From an uncultured Chloroflexota bacterium (GTDB lineage: Bacteria; Chloroflexota; Anaerolineae; Promineifilales; Promineifilaceae): 64,000 nucleotides of DNA. The number at the start of each line of letters is the position of its first letter. Position 1 is the first letter of the stretch. The notes under the pieces are model-generated. The model was not told the DNA's origin and searched no databases. It was given only the letters and a program-made list of their open reading frames with translations. The translations under genes were made by a program, and so were the position numbers. Below are positions 17,321 to 25,658 of this stretch, in pieces. The stretch spans positions 3,875 through 67,874 of the forward strand of contig CAADGU010000415.1 in NCBI GenBank assembly GCA_900696625.1, given 5' to 3'.

Positions 17321-18343
17321 ATGAACGAATCAGAAAGTGAATCAGTGGCGCGGCCGACGGCCGTGTTGCCGACGGTCGTTGCCCAACCGGTGGATCAACG
17401 GCCGTCGGCCGTGTACCTGGCCGGGCTGTCGGCCGGCAGCCGGCGGACAATGGCGCAGTCGTTGGGCGCCATCGCCGCCATTATCAGCCCTTCGGCCCCT
17501 TCGGCCCCTTCGGCCCCTTCGGCAGGCTCAGGGGCCGGCACAGGGGACGGCTCAGGGGCCGGGGCCAGCCATCTGGAGATTCCCTGGCACCTGCTGCGCT
17601 TTCAGCACACGGCCGCGCTGCGCAGCCACCTGGCCGAGCATTATGCCCACAGCACGGCCAACAAGATGCTGAGCGCCTTGCGCGGTGTGTTGAAGGCGGC
17701 CTGGCGGTTGGGCTTAATGTCGGCCGAGGATTACCACGCGGCCGCGTCGGTGGCCAACGTGAAGGGGGAGCGGGTACCGGCCGGGCGGGCGCTGGCGGTG
17801 AGCGAGGTGCAGCTGCTGTTGGCGGCTTGCGCTTCGGCAAGCTCAGCGCAAGCTGCCCAGGGGCGGCGGGATGCGGCCGTTATTGCTACCCTGTATGCCT
17901 GTGGCCTGCGGCGGGGGGAGCTGGTGGGGCTGGACCTGGCCGATTACGATGGCCAGGCGCTGCGAGTGCGCCGGGGCAAGGGCAATAAGGAGCGGTTGGT
18001 GCCGGTGGCGGCCGCGGCGGCCGCGTACCTGGCGGCCTGGCTGGATGTGCGCGGCCACCGGCCGGGGCCGCTCTTCCATGCCCTGGACGGCCGTCACAAT
18101 GGCGGCCGCCTCAGCACGCAGACGATCTATGACATTTTGCAGGTGCGGGCACAGGCGGCCGGGATACGGCCGTTGTCGCCTCACGACTTCCGGCGCACCT
18201 TCGTCTCGCTGCTGCTGGACGCCGGCGAGGACATTGTGACGGTGCAGCGGCTGGCCGGGCACGCCAGCGTGGAGACGACGGCCCGTTACGACCGGCGGGG
18301 GGAGGATGTGAAGCGGCGGGCGGTGGAGAGGCTGCAATGGTAA
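17321..18343 (+). CDS. tyrosine recombinase (phage integrase / XerC-D-like), internal to the prophage
   Basis: 'ACGLRRGELVGL', 'GKGNKERLVPV', 'SPHDFRRTFVSLLLDAGEDIVTVQRLAGHASVETTARY' contain R..HxxR..Y catalytic residues. ATG 17321 follows gggaga. The N-terminus carries a SAPSAPSAP low-complexity insert. Confidence 0.85.
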   Translation: MNESESESVARPTAVLPTVVAQPVDQRPSAVYLAGLSAGSRRTMAQSLGAIAAIISPSAPSAPSAPSAGSGAGTGDGSGAGASHLEIPWHLLRFQHTAALRSHLAEHYAHSTANKMLSALRGVLKAAWRLGLMSAEDYHAAASVANVKGERVPAGRALAVSEVQLLLAACASASSAQAAQGRRDAAVIATLYACGLRRGELVGLDLADYDGQALRVRRGKGNKERLVPVAAAAAAYLAAWLDVRGHRPGPLFHALDGRHNGGRLSTQTIYDILQVRAQAAGIRPLSPHDFRRTFVSLLLDAGEDIVTVQRLAGHASVETTARYDRRGEDVKRRAVERLQW

Positions 18344-18406
18344 TTAGGAATGGAGATTGGTGTCACCGGCGCTGGCGCTGCGGCGCCAGGCTGTCACCAA
18401 CAGGAT

Positions 18407-18476
18407 GCCGGCAACAGCATGCCGGCAACAGCATGCCGGCAACAGCATGCCGGCAACAGCATGCCGGCAACAGCAT
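18407..18476. repeat. 14-bp tandem repeat GCCGGCAACAGCAT x5
   Basis: Five perfect head-to-tail copies at 18407, 18421, 18435, 18449 and 18463, beginning 64 nt after the recombinase stop. Confidence 0.9.
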
Positions 18477-18661
18477 ATCAGCGATGCTATACGGCCGTTG
18501 CCCTGGTAGGCTGTTGTGGGGCTTGCTGTGAAAGGGGAAGGAGCTAATGACTATGTGAAACGCTATGGGAGATCATACACACGGCCGGGGGCGGCGCCAC
18601 TTTGCCACAACAAGATAGACGCATCATCTCCAGGAAGATTATACGCACGATCTGACGGCCG

Positions 18662-18868
18662 TTAACGGCCGTTGCGACAGTAGGGGCGGGTGCGGCCGGG
18701 GCACCGCTGGCCGGGTTCGATGTGGCGCCAGAAGTGGCTGACACGGCCGTCCATGCGCCGGCGCTGGCGCAGGGCAACGGCCGCGCCACAATGGGGGCAG
18801 CGGGCGCGGCCGGGCGCGGCCGCTGCGGCGGTGATGGCTGAGCCATCGGGGAGATGGGCCTGTTTCAC
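18662..18868 (-). CDS. possible small Cys-containing (CPHCG..CPG) protein
   Basis: 68-aa ORF with a GTG start and no SD. Coding status is uncertain. Confidence 0.3.
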   Translation of the reverse strand: MKQAHLPDGSAITAAAAAPGRARCPHCGAAVALRQRRRMDGRVSHFWRHIEPGQRCPGRTRPYCRNGR

Positions 18869-18965
18869 AATCAGGAATTATGAATTAGGAATTAGGAATG
18901 GGCTAGAGGGGGCGGCCGCTGTGTGGCGGCCTGGTCTCGATTGTACGGCCGTGCGGCCGGGTCGC

Positions 18966-19175
18966 CTAGTGAGGAATGTCATCCGAGGCCGCTGCCCAAT
19001 ACCCGGTTGGGCCTTCAATGGCCTGGCCGCGCATGGCCAGCAGCACCAGGCGGCTGGTGGCTTGCAGGATGGTGACGCCGGCGGCGTGGGCGATGGTGGC
19101 CACCGGCGTGGGGGTGGCGGTGAGCAGGCGGCCGATGAGCGCCTGTTGTTGCTCGTAGGGGGTGGGGTTGGTCAT
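18966..19175 (-). CDS. hypothetical small protein co-transcribed with the repressor
   Basis: 69 aa. The ATG overlaps the stop of the upstream XRE gene (ATGA at 19172-19175). Confidence 0.5.
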   Translation of the reverse strand: MTNPTPYEQQQALIGRLLTATPTPVATIAHAAGVTILQATSRLVLLAMRGQAIEGPTGYWAAASDDIPH

Positions 19176-19396
19176 GTGGTCTCGTCCTCATCAGCCACAT
19201 AGACAAAGATGTCACCGGGCTGCACCTCCAGCAACTGGCAGATCCGGGCCAGGGTGTCCAGGTCTATACGCTTGCTGCTGCCATGATACAAGGCGTGGGC
19301 AGTGTTGTAGGCGATATTTGCACCTTCAGCCAGGGCACTGATGTGCATACGCCTGGCACCCAAGATTTCAGAGAGTTGGTTCTTGATGTATCCCAT
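19172..19396 (-). CDS. XRE/Cro-CI family HTH repressor (short form, no peptidase domain)
   Basis: 'IKNQLSEILGARRMHISALAEGANIAYNTAHALYHG..IDLDTLARICQLLEVQPGDIF' is an HTH_XRE pattern. ATG 19396 is preceded by GGAGGC. Divergent from the early rightward genes. Confidence 0.75.
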   Translation of the reverse strand: MGYIKNQLSEILGARRMHISALAEGANIAYNTAHALYHGSSKRIDLDTLARICQLLEVQPGDIFVYVADEDETT

Positions 19397-19417
19397 AATT
19401 GTTTGCCTCCGCACTCT

Positions 19418-19505
19418 AGGGTACTCGACGGCCGCCAGATTGTCAAGGAAGTTGCACAAAATATGCAACTTGTTATTGACAATAGTATGCAACTTGTTGT
19501 ATAAT
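19418..19505. promoter_or_regulatory. divergent promoter/operator region (genetic switch)
   Basis: Plus strand: TTGACA 19476-19481, 18-bp spacer, TATAAT 19500-19505. Minus strand: TTGACA 19446-19441, 17-bp spacer, TACCCT 19423-19418. Direct repeats ATGCAACTTGTT at 19463 and 19487. Nested inverted repeats ATTGTCAA/TTGACAAT and GTTGCA/TGCAAC. Confidence 0.6.
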
Positions 19506-19544
19506 TTCCTTAGTTAGTTGATACGACCTAAGGAGATACAGACA

Positions 19545-19748
19545 ATGAAAACCAACCAATTCACCCACCTGAGCGACGCCGAACTGAACGAAGCCCTCTT
19601 CGGCATTAGTGAGCAACCCATCTACCGCCCGACCGTCACCGCGACCACCACCGAGCAACCCCGCCCCTACTGGAACAACCCAACCGCGCGCAGCAAGGAC
19701 TGGCGCGAACTGAGCGACGCCGAACTCAACGACGCGCTCTTTGGCTAG
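19545..19748 (+). CDS. hypothetical early protein with duplicated LSDAELNxALFG motif
   Basis: 67 aa. SD aaggaga lies 8 nt upstream of ATG 19545. First gene downstream of the consensus promoter. Confidence 0.55.
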   Translation: MKTNQFTHLSDAELNEALFGISEQPIYRPTVTATTTEQPRPYWNNPTARSKDWRELSDAELNDALFG

Positions 19749-19808
19749 ACCAACCACACCCCTGGCCGCCCCCACCGGCGGCCAGGGCATACCCCGGAGG
19801 AACCTGAG

Positions 19809-20330
19809 ATGAAACCCACCCTGACCCAATTAACCCACCTGTCCACCGGCGATTACTTCGCCACCTGGCTGCGCAGCGGTACGACCGTCGAGTCCCTGCA
19901 CGGCAGCGACGGCCGTTGCCTGGCCTCTTCCCTGGGGGCGAAGCTGCCCCGCCTGACAAAGGCAGAGATGGCGGCCGCCCACGCGGAGCGCCACCCGGCC
20001 TACGACCTGGCTGCCCAGGGCACGGCCGCCCGGCCAGAACTGGCGCGGCGGATGCAGGCAGCGGCCGACCTGGTCGCCGGTGGCCTGGTGACGCTGTACG
20101 AAGACGGCGCGGGCATTGTGGCCAGCCGCAGCCATGCCTGCGCCCACCAGGTGGACGACCACCACTGCGACTGCCAGGACTTTCAGTTTCGCGGTAGCTG
20201 GTGCGCCCATCGTATCGCCCGGCGCATGGCGCTGGCCTTGGGGCAGCCGGAACTGGTACGGCCGTTTGTGGCCCCGGCCGCCTTTCCCCAACCCCGTTTA
20301 TCCATTAGCGCGCCGTCACCGGCTGGCTAA
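19809..20330 (+). CDS. SWIM zinc-finger domain protein
   Basis: 'HHCDCQDFQFRGSWCAHRIA' fits the CxC..CxH SWIM signature. SD ggagga upstream. Confidence 0.7.
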   Translation: MKPTLTQLTHLSTGDYFATWLRSGTTVESLHGSDGRCLASSLGAKLPRLTKAEMAAAHAERHPAYDLAAQGTAARPELARRMQAAADLVAGGLVTLYEDGAGIVASRSHACAHQVDDHHCDCQDFQFRGSWCAHRIARRMALALGQPELVRPFVAPAAFPQPRLSISAPSPAG

Positions 20331-20393
20331 AAAAAAGGCCAGGCGATGCCTCACAATCGCCTGGCCAACACCCCCACGAGGAGATGTAAAACC

Positions 20394-20672
20394 ATGCACA
20401 ATTCTACTGAAAACCAGGACACAATCAACCAGGACACGGCCGATGATGCGCCTGATGGCGTGGCCGTCGCCGATGGCCCGGCCAGCCCACCCACCCCTCG
20501 GCACGGCCGTAACGCCGCCCAGGATGGCTGGACACGGGCGTACCGTCTGGCGGACCCCAACCACCCGGAGAACCGCCGCCGGCGCAACTTCTGGCGGGCG
20601 GCCAGTGACCCCAAGACACAGGCACGAGTGCGCAAGTTGGCCCTGTCTCGGCCGAATCCCCTGAATTTTTAA
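20394..20672 (+). CDS. hypothetical protein
   Basis: ATG 20394 is preceded by gaggag. No motif recognised. Confidence 0.5.
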   Translation: MHNSTENQDTINQDTADDAPDGVAVADGPASPPTPRHGRNAAQDGWTRAYRLADPNHPENRRRRNFWRAASDPKTQARVRKLALSRPNPLNF

Positions 20673-20703
20673 TCGTAATCCGTGAACCGTTAAGGAGAGC
20701 ATC

Positions 20704-20946
20704 ATGTTTGAGATTGACCAGGTATTAGAAGCGTTATTCACCTTCTCGCGGGATGCACGGCCGGAGGACTTCCAGGCCATCTTCGGCGCCCACGTGGGCC
20801 GCCATCTCTTCGAGAAATTTGCCGACCAGTATCAATTTGACCTGTTGGCTCTGTGGGGCAGCCTGGACACAGAAAGCCGGGCGCGGCTGGCCAGCCACCT
20901 GGTGGCGGCCGGGGCTGCCGGGAGGGTAGAGCCATGCAGCAAGTAA
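20704..20946 (+). CDS. hypothetical protein
   Basis: SD aaggagag upstream of the ATG. 80 aa. Confidence 0.55.
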   Translation: MFEIDQVLEALFTFSRDARPEDFQAIFGAHVGRHLFEKFADQYQFDLLALWGSLDTESRARLASHLVAAGAAGRVEPCSK

Positions 20947-21143
20947 AAGGCAATACCATTGACCTGCGCCACCCGACAAAGGATGTGCCGGCAACGGCCG
21001 TCATCCTGGACTTCTGGCGGCGCAACGGCCGGAATGCCGGCCTGAAGCTGGAATTCCCCGGCGGGCACACCTGCTGCCTGACCTATGCGGAGATTGCCGA
21101 CCTGCAAACAAACGAGGAGACAAACCATGACAGCCCCCAATAA
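20934..21143 (+). CDS. hypothetical protein
   Basis: Internal ATG 20934 (MQQVKGNTIDL..), overlapping the previous gene by 13 nt. Confidence 0.45.
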   Translation: MQQVKGNTIDLRHPTKDVPATAVILDFWRRNGRNAGLKLEFPGGHTCCLTYAEIADLQTNEETNHDSPQ

Positions 21144-21498
21144 CACCCCCCCAAGAAGTGTATCCGAACTATTCCCCAGCCCGTGGCTGCACGCCGATGA
21201 CCTGAACGGCCGCACGGTGACTGTGACCATCCGGCAGGTGACGGTGGAGAGCATCCGTAATCCCCAAACGCGCAAGAGCGAGTGGAAAGCGGTGCTGGAC
21301 TTCGGCCGCAGCAAGCGACTCATTGTCAACAAGACCCAATCGCTGGCCCTGGCCGACATCGCCAACAACGAAGAGTTTGCGGCCTGGTCTGGCCTAACCA
21401 TCAGCCTGAGTCCGGCCGTAGCCCATAACGGCAAGCCCACCATCGCCATTCAACGGCCAGCGCGCCCGGCCCTGGGCGAAGAAATAGACCATGATTAA
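21127..21498 (+). CDS. hypothetical protein
   Basis: ATG 21127 is preceded by gaggaga. 123 aa. Confidence 0.55.
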   Translation: MTAPNNTPPRSVSELFPSPWLHADDLNGRTVTVTIRQVTVESIRNPQTRKSEWKAVLDFGRSKRLIVNKTQSLALADIANNEEFAAWSGLTISLSPAVAHNGKPTIAIQRPARPALGEEIDHD

Positions 21499-21532
21499 AC
21501 CATAAATGGCCTATTACCAGACCTGCCAGCAG

Positions 21533-21569
21533 CGGCCGTCCACTTTTGTGGACGGCCGTTTTTTGTTTT
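21533..21569 (+). terminator. intrinsic terminator between the early rightward genes and the terminase genes
   Basis: cggccgtccac (21533-21543), loop tttt, gtggacggccg (21548-21558), then ttttttgtttt. Confidence 0.7.
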
Positions 21570-21669
21570 CCCAAGTGCGCTTTTTTAGCCCCGTTACCCT
21601 ATTCCAGTTCGGCCAAAACTGTGTAGATTTTCAGTGAGTACCACATAATGAACGTGGGCGAGGAGCTGC

Positions 21670-22263
21670 ATGGCCATCACCAAAAAATCGCCGCTGACGG
21701 GCAAACAGCTGGCGTTTATTGACTACTACTTCATTTGCGACTTCAACGGCACAGAGGCGGCCCGGCGCGCCGGGTACAAGGGCGACGATGCTACGTTGGC
21801 AGCCATCGCCTACGAAAACCTCAGAAAGCCTCATATTGCTGCCGAGATTCGCCGCCGCACCAAAACACGAGGGATGGATGCGGACGAAGTCATCGGCCGC
21901 CTGAGCGACCAGGCACGGGGTACGATGGGGCATTTCCTGAACTTCGAGGGCGGCCGCCAGGTGGAGATTGACCTGAACCAGGCGCGGGAATTGGGGGCGC
22001 TGGGCCTCATCAAGAAAATAAAAATGGTGGAGACCGTCTCCCCCAGTGGAGATGAGGAAATTGTACTCACCCGCCGCACCGAGATTGAGCTATACCCCTC
22101 CCAGCAAGCATTGGCCCACCTGGCGCGTATCCTGGGGCTGATGGGCGCCAAGGGGACTGAGGAAGACCCGCTGCACGTGGAGATTCCGGGCCTGAACGCC
22201 GCCCTCACCCGCATCTACGGCCGTGACCATGACAACGACGCCAACGCCAACGGCCGAACTTGA
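21670..22263 (+). CDS. terS: terminase small subunit
   Basis: 'LTGKQLAFIDYYFICDFNGTEAARRAGYKGDDATLAAIAYENLRKPHIAAEI' is the typical Terminase_2/P27-type N-terminal HTH. Sits immediately upstream of terL. Confidence 0.8.
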   Translation: MAITKKSPLTGKQLAFIDYYFICDFNGTEAARRAGYKGDDATLAAIAYENLRKPHIAAEIRRRTKTRGMDADEVIGRLSDQARGTMGHFLNFEGGRQVEIDLNQARELGALGLIKKIKMVETVSPSGDEEIVLTRRTEIELYPSQQALAHLARILGLMGAKGTEEDPLHVEIPGLNAALTRIYGRDHDNDANANGRT

Positions 22264-23635
22264 TCGCCTCCTGTTGGCGGCAAAAACGGCCGGGGTGCAG
22301 CGGGAGCAAATCGCCCGCTTCGTCCGCGCCGGGTATGTGGCTCAGCCTAAGCAACTGGAATTCCACGCTGCCTGCCGCCTGGCCGACCGGCCGGGTGGCC
22401 CGGTCCTGATTGGCTACGGCGGCGCACGCGGACCAGGTAAGTCTCACGCCAGCATTGTGCAGGCGGCCGTTGACGATTGCCAGCGGGTACCCGGCCTCAA
22501 GGTGCTGTTCCTGCGCAAGGTGGGTAAGGCGGCCCGCGAATCATTCAACGACCTGCGGCAACGGACGCTGCGCTACCTGCCCCACGCTTACAACGCCGGC
22601 AGCGGCGCCCTGTCCTTCCCCAACGGCTCCCTTATCGTTATTGGCAACTTCTACACTGAGAAGGACATTGACAAATATCTGGGCATCGAATACGACCTGA
22701 TCATCATCGAGGAAGCCACCCAACTAAGTGAAGAAAAGTTTAAGATGCTGCGGGGCAGCCTGCGCACCAGTAAACCCAACTGGCGGCCGCGCATGTACCT
22801 GACCACCAACCCCGGCGGCATCGGCCACCAGTGGTTCAAGCGGATGTTCGTGCTGCCCTGGCGCAGCGGCCGCCAGACCGAGACACGCTTCATCCAGGGC
22901 ACCTATCGAGACAACAGTTTTCTGAATCAGGAGTATCGAGAGTATCTGGAGGGGCTGACGGGTGTATTAGGCCGCATGTGGCGCGATGGCGATTGGGACA
23001 TTGGCGCCGGCACCTTTTTTGTCAATTGGGACTACGACCAGCATGTTGTGGCCCCATTCCGTGTGCCCGATCACTGGCCGGTCTGGGCCAGCCTGGATTA
23101 TGGTTTCGGCCATCCTACGGCCGTCTACCTGCACACACGAAATGATGGCACGGTCTGGACGATTGCCGAGCACGTACAGGCGCGGTGGCTGGCGCCGCAG
23201 CACGCGGCCGCCATTCACGAGATGGCGCGGCGCTGCGGCCGGCGGGTGGAAGATTTCGAGTCGTTTGTGGCCGGGCATGATGTCTTCGCCGAGCGGGGCA
23301 ACAGCGACGGCATGACGATTGCTGAGCAATACGCAGCCGAAGGCATCAAGCTGACCCCGGCCAACATCGGCCGTATCTCCGGCGCGGCCGAAATGCTGCG
23401 GCGCATGGGCGACCCGGCGGCCGGCATCGCCCCCACCTGGCGCATTTTCGACACCTGTGTGCAGTTGATCGAATGCCTACCCAATTTACAGACGGATCCC
23501 AACCGGTCAGAGGACGTGCTGAAGGTGGACGCCAACGAGGAGGGGTTGGGTGGCGACGATCCCTATGACAGCGCCCGCTATGGTTTGATGGAGGCGCGGC
23601 CGCCGTTTGCCGGTATGTTTGTGGTGCGGCGGTAG
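22223..23635 (+). CDS. terL: terminase large subunit
   Basis: Walker A 'GGARGPGKSHA', Walker B 'DLIIIEEATQL', and a C-terminal nuclease-like half. 470 aa. Starts at GTG 22223 or ATG 22229. Confidence 0.9.
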   Translation: MTMTTTPTPTAELDRLLLAAKTAGVQREQIARFVRAGYVAQPKQLEFHAACRLADRPGGPVLIGYGGARGPGKSHASIVQAAVDDCQRVPGLKVLFLRKVGKAARESFNDLRQRTLRYLPHAYNAGSGALSFPNGSLIVIGNFYTEKDIDKYLGIEYDLIIIEEATQLSEEKFKMLRGSLRTSKPNWRPRMYLTTNPGGIGHQWFKRMFVLPWRSGRQTETRFIQGTYRDNSFLNQEYREYLEGLTGVLGRMWRDGDWDIGAGTFFVNWDYDQHVVAPFRVPDHWPVWASLDYGFGHPTAVYLHTRNDGTVWTIAEHVQARWLAPQHAAAIHEMARRCGRRVEDFESFVAGHDVFAERGNSDGMTIAEQYAAEGIKLTPANIGRISGAAEMLRRMGDPAAGIAPTWRIFDTCVQLIECLPNLQTDPNRSEDVLKVDANEEGLGGDDPYDSARYGLMEARPPFAGMFVVRR

Positions 23636-23736
23636 ACGGCTGTGCCAAACGGCCGTGTAGCCGCTCTTGCAAACACGGCCGTCTTTCTGCTAAACTGTGG
23701 CCACAGCCACCTGGCTGCCTCCCCAACTGGCACAGG

Positions 23737-23780
23737 AAACGGCCGCGTGAACCACTGCATCACGCGGCCGTTTCGGTTTT
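23737..23780 (+). terminator. hairpin terminator downstream of terL
   Basis: aaacggccgcgtga (23737-23750) / tcacgcggccgttt (23760-23773), followed by cggtttt. Confidence 0.55.
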
Positions 23781-23880
23781 GGTGCCACCGGCGCACCCAC
23801 GTCGCCGTGCGGGTGTCACCATTTTCCTATTTCCCCACGCCCCGGCCGGGATACAATACACACATCATTTCTTTCTCGCA

Positions 23881-23955
23881 GAGCGCACCGACGCCTCCGG
23901 GCCAGCGACCGCCAGACGGCGCCCAGGTTGGTTTGGAGGCGTTTTGTGTTTGTTT
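23881..23955 (+). promoter_or_regulatory. box + hairpin + U-tract element, copy C (diverged)
   Basis: gagcgcaccgacgcc box; stem cgcctcc (23892-23898) / ggaggcg (23935-23941); the loop contains ccgccagacggc; tail gttttgtgtttgttt. The 3' arm supplies GGAGG for the methylase start. Confidence 0.6.
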
Positions 23956-24800
23956 ATCGAATTCAGCGAGCAGATTGCCTGACAGCGGCGGCCGATTACC
24001 CAGACGGCCACTTCCAGCTGCTGCTTACCTCTACCCCCTACCCTGGACAACGATCCTTTGATCTGAGCGTTCCGGCCTACTTTGATTGGTGGCGGCCGCG
24101 CCTGGAGGCATTGGCACCGCTGCTGCACCCCGTCACCGGCGTCCTGGTGCAGGTCATCAAGTTCCGGCGCGCCGGCGGCTGGTTCGACCGCCGCATCTTT
24201 GAGCTATTTGACCTGTACACGGCCGTTGGCCTGCACCCCATTGACCTCTACATCTGGGACAAACTGAATAGCCCCCCCTCCGGCAACCACGGGCGGCACG
24301 ACCGAGATGAATACGAATTTTGCTTTGCCTTGGCCAAGGGCGAGGGCTACACCAAAAACCAGGCCAGACGGCCGTACAGCCCTAAATCTATCACCGGCGA
24401 CCGCGCCAAAACGCGGCAGCCGGATGTGGCCGGCAGCCACGCCAACGGCCACCGGCGGCTGCACCCAGCCGGGGCGCTGCAAGGCAACGTCATCCGCGCC
24501 AGCAGCAGCGGCGACCAGAACCGGCCGCGTGTCAGAGGTGGCTCATTCCCGCGGCGGCTGGCCGCACGTTTCATCGAGACGTTCAGCAATCCCGGCGACT
24601 GGGTGCTGGATCCGTGCTGTGGCGCGGGTACCACGCTGGTGGAAGCCATCCGCCTGGGCCGTCCGGCCGTGGGCATGGATATTGATGGCACGGCCGTCAG
24701 CACGGCCGCCGATTGGGCACAGGCAGCAACGGCAGCGCGTTTTGGGGTGTGGCAGGACTATAGTACGGCCGCGCCTGGCACCGTGTCAGAAGCGGCGTAA
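23946..24800 (+). CDS. DNA methyltransferase (N6-adenine/N4-cytosine, beta-class motif order)
   Basis: 'ADCLTAAADYPDGHFQLLLTSTPYP' ((D/S)PPY-like motif IV) precedes 'VLDPCCGAGTTLVEAIRLGR' (motif I). GTG 23946 lies 6 nt after GGAGG (the ORF opens at TTG 23928). Confidence 0.85.
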   Translation: MFVYRIQRADCLTAAADYPDGHFQLLLTSTPYPGQRSFDLSVPAYFDWWRPRLEALAPLLHPVTGVLVQVIKFRRAGGWFDRRIFELFDLYTAVGLHPIDLYIWDKLNSPPSGNHGRHDRDEYEFCFALAKGEGYTKNQARRPYSPKSITGDRAKTRQPDVAGSHANGHRRLHPAGALQGNVIRASSSGDQNRPRVRGGSFPRRLAARFIETFSNPGDWVLDPCCGAGTTLVEAIRLGRPAVGMDIDGTAVSTAADWAQAATAARFGVWQDYSTAAPGTVSEAA

Positions 24801-24875
24801 GCAAAAAGAGGGACTATTGACCCCTAGAACCAGCCTCCGGGAGCCGTAACATAGACCCGGAAGAACTAAATAGCC

Positions 24876-24950
24876 TGAGCGCATTGACGCCTCACCGGTG
24901 CCTGCGAGCCGCCAGACGGCCGTACCGCCACCAGTGAGGCGTTTTTTGTT
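24876..24950 (+). promoter_or_regulatory. box + hairpin + U-tract element, copy A (also an intrinsic terminator after the methylase)
   Basis: tgagcgcattgacgcc box (24876-24891); stem cgcctcaccggtg / caccagtgaggcg; the loop contains gagccgccagacggccgt; tail ttttttgttt runs into ATG 24952. Confidence 0.65.
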
Positions 24951-24951
24951 T

Positions 24952-25335
24952 ATGAATCAGACACAAGCCCAACCTATCGCGGATCCGCCAGTCGCCCACA
25001 CGGAGCTGGTTGACGCCCTGGCCGCGACCGCGCTGAGCCTGTACCGGGCGGCAATGGTAGCCAATGCCGGGGAGTTCGTTTCGTCGCTGCGCCACGACCT
25101 GCTGCACCCACGGCCCGGTGACATTGTGCTGGATGTGCATGATTGGTGGCGGCCGGCGGATGAGCGCCTGGGGGTACTGGAACATATCATGCGCCAGGCC
25201 GACGGCGGCGGCTGCGTAGCTTTTGTGCGCCGGTTAAACGGCCGTTACGAGACCTGGAAACACGCCCACCTGGTCAAGGTCAACACGCAGCCATTTAATC
25301 TCCCCACCACCCAGACCCAGGAGCGCGTAGCATGA
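24952..25335 (+). CDS. hypothetical protein
   Basis: ATG 24952 directly follows element A. 127 aa. First of four coupled small genes that precede the portal gene. Confidence 0.5.
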   Translation: MNQTQAQPIADPPVAHTELVDALAATALSLYRAAMVANAGEFVSSLRHDLLHPRPGDIVLDVHDWWRPADERLGVLEHIMRQADGGGCVAFVRRLNGRYETWKHAHLVKVNTQPFNLPTTQTQERVA

Positions 25336-25658
25336 TGCCAGACCACCAGGTCACACTCGCCTTGCGGCCGGATGAACAGCCACACCTGTACCGGCAGCGG
25401 CCGTCGCTGCCCACCGATGGCTCGCTCTACGCCTTAATGCTGCGCAGCACGCCAGCGTTCCCTGGCCAGGTCGCGGGCGGCCAGTCCGCCGGCGATAGTC
25501 GCAGCCTCCTCCTGATTTGCGCCCATTACGGCCGGCACGGATGGGCATGGATTACCCTGGAAGCGAACACCCGGCAGCTTCTGGAGAACACGATGCGCCA
25601 GCAACGGGCGGTAATAGACCGCTGGTATTACATGGAGCTAGTACGAGGTATTCAATGA
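25332..25658 (+). CDS. hypothetical protein
   Basis: ATGA overlap with the previous gene. 108 aa. Confidence 0.5.
   Translation: MMPDHQVTLALRPDEQPHLYRQRPSLPTDGSLYALMLRSTPAFPGQVAGGQSAGDSRSLLLICAHYGRHGWAWITLEANTRQLLENTMRQQRAVIDRWYYMELVRGIQ

Noticed and set aside
16762-18476. An integron-like platform (tyrosine recombinase plus adjacent repeats)
   Set aside because: The repeats are 14-26 bp with no intervening cassettes or attC-like 60-140-bp imperfect palindromes. The recombinase shows no obvious IntI-specific insertion by eye.
18337-18547. ORFs 18337-18531 and 18350-18547 (+)
   Set aside because: Their 'proteins' are periodic translations of the 14-bp tandem repeat (..AGNSMPATACRQQH.. repeated). 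This is a repeat artefact.
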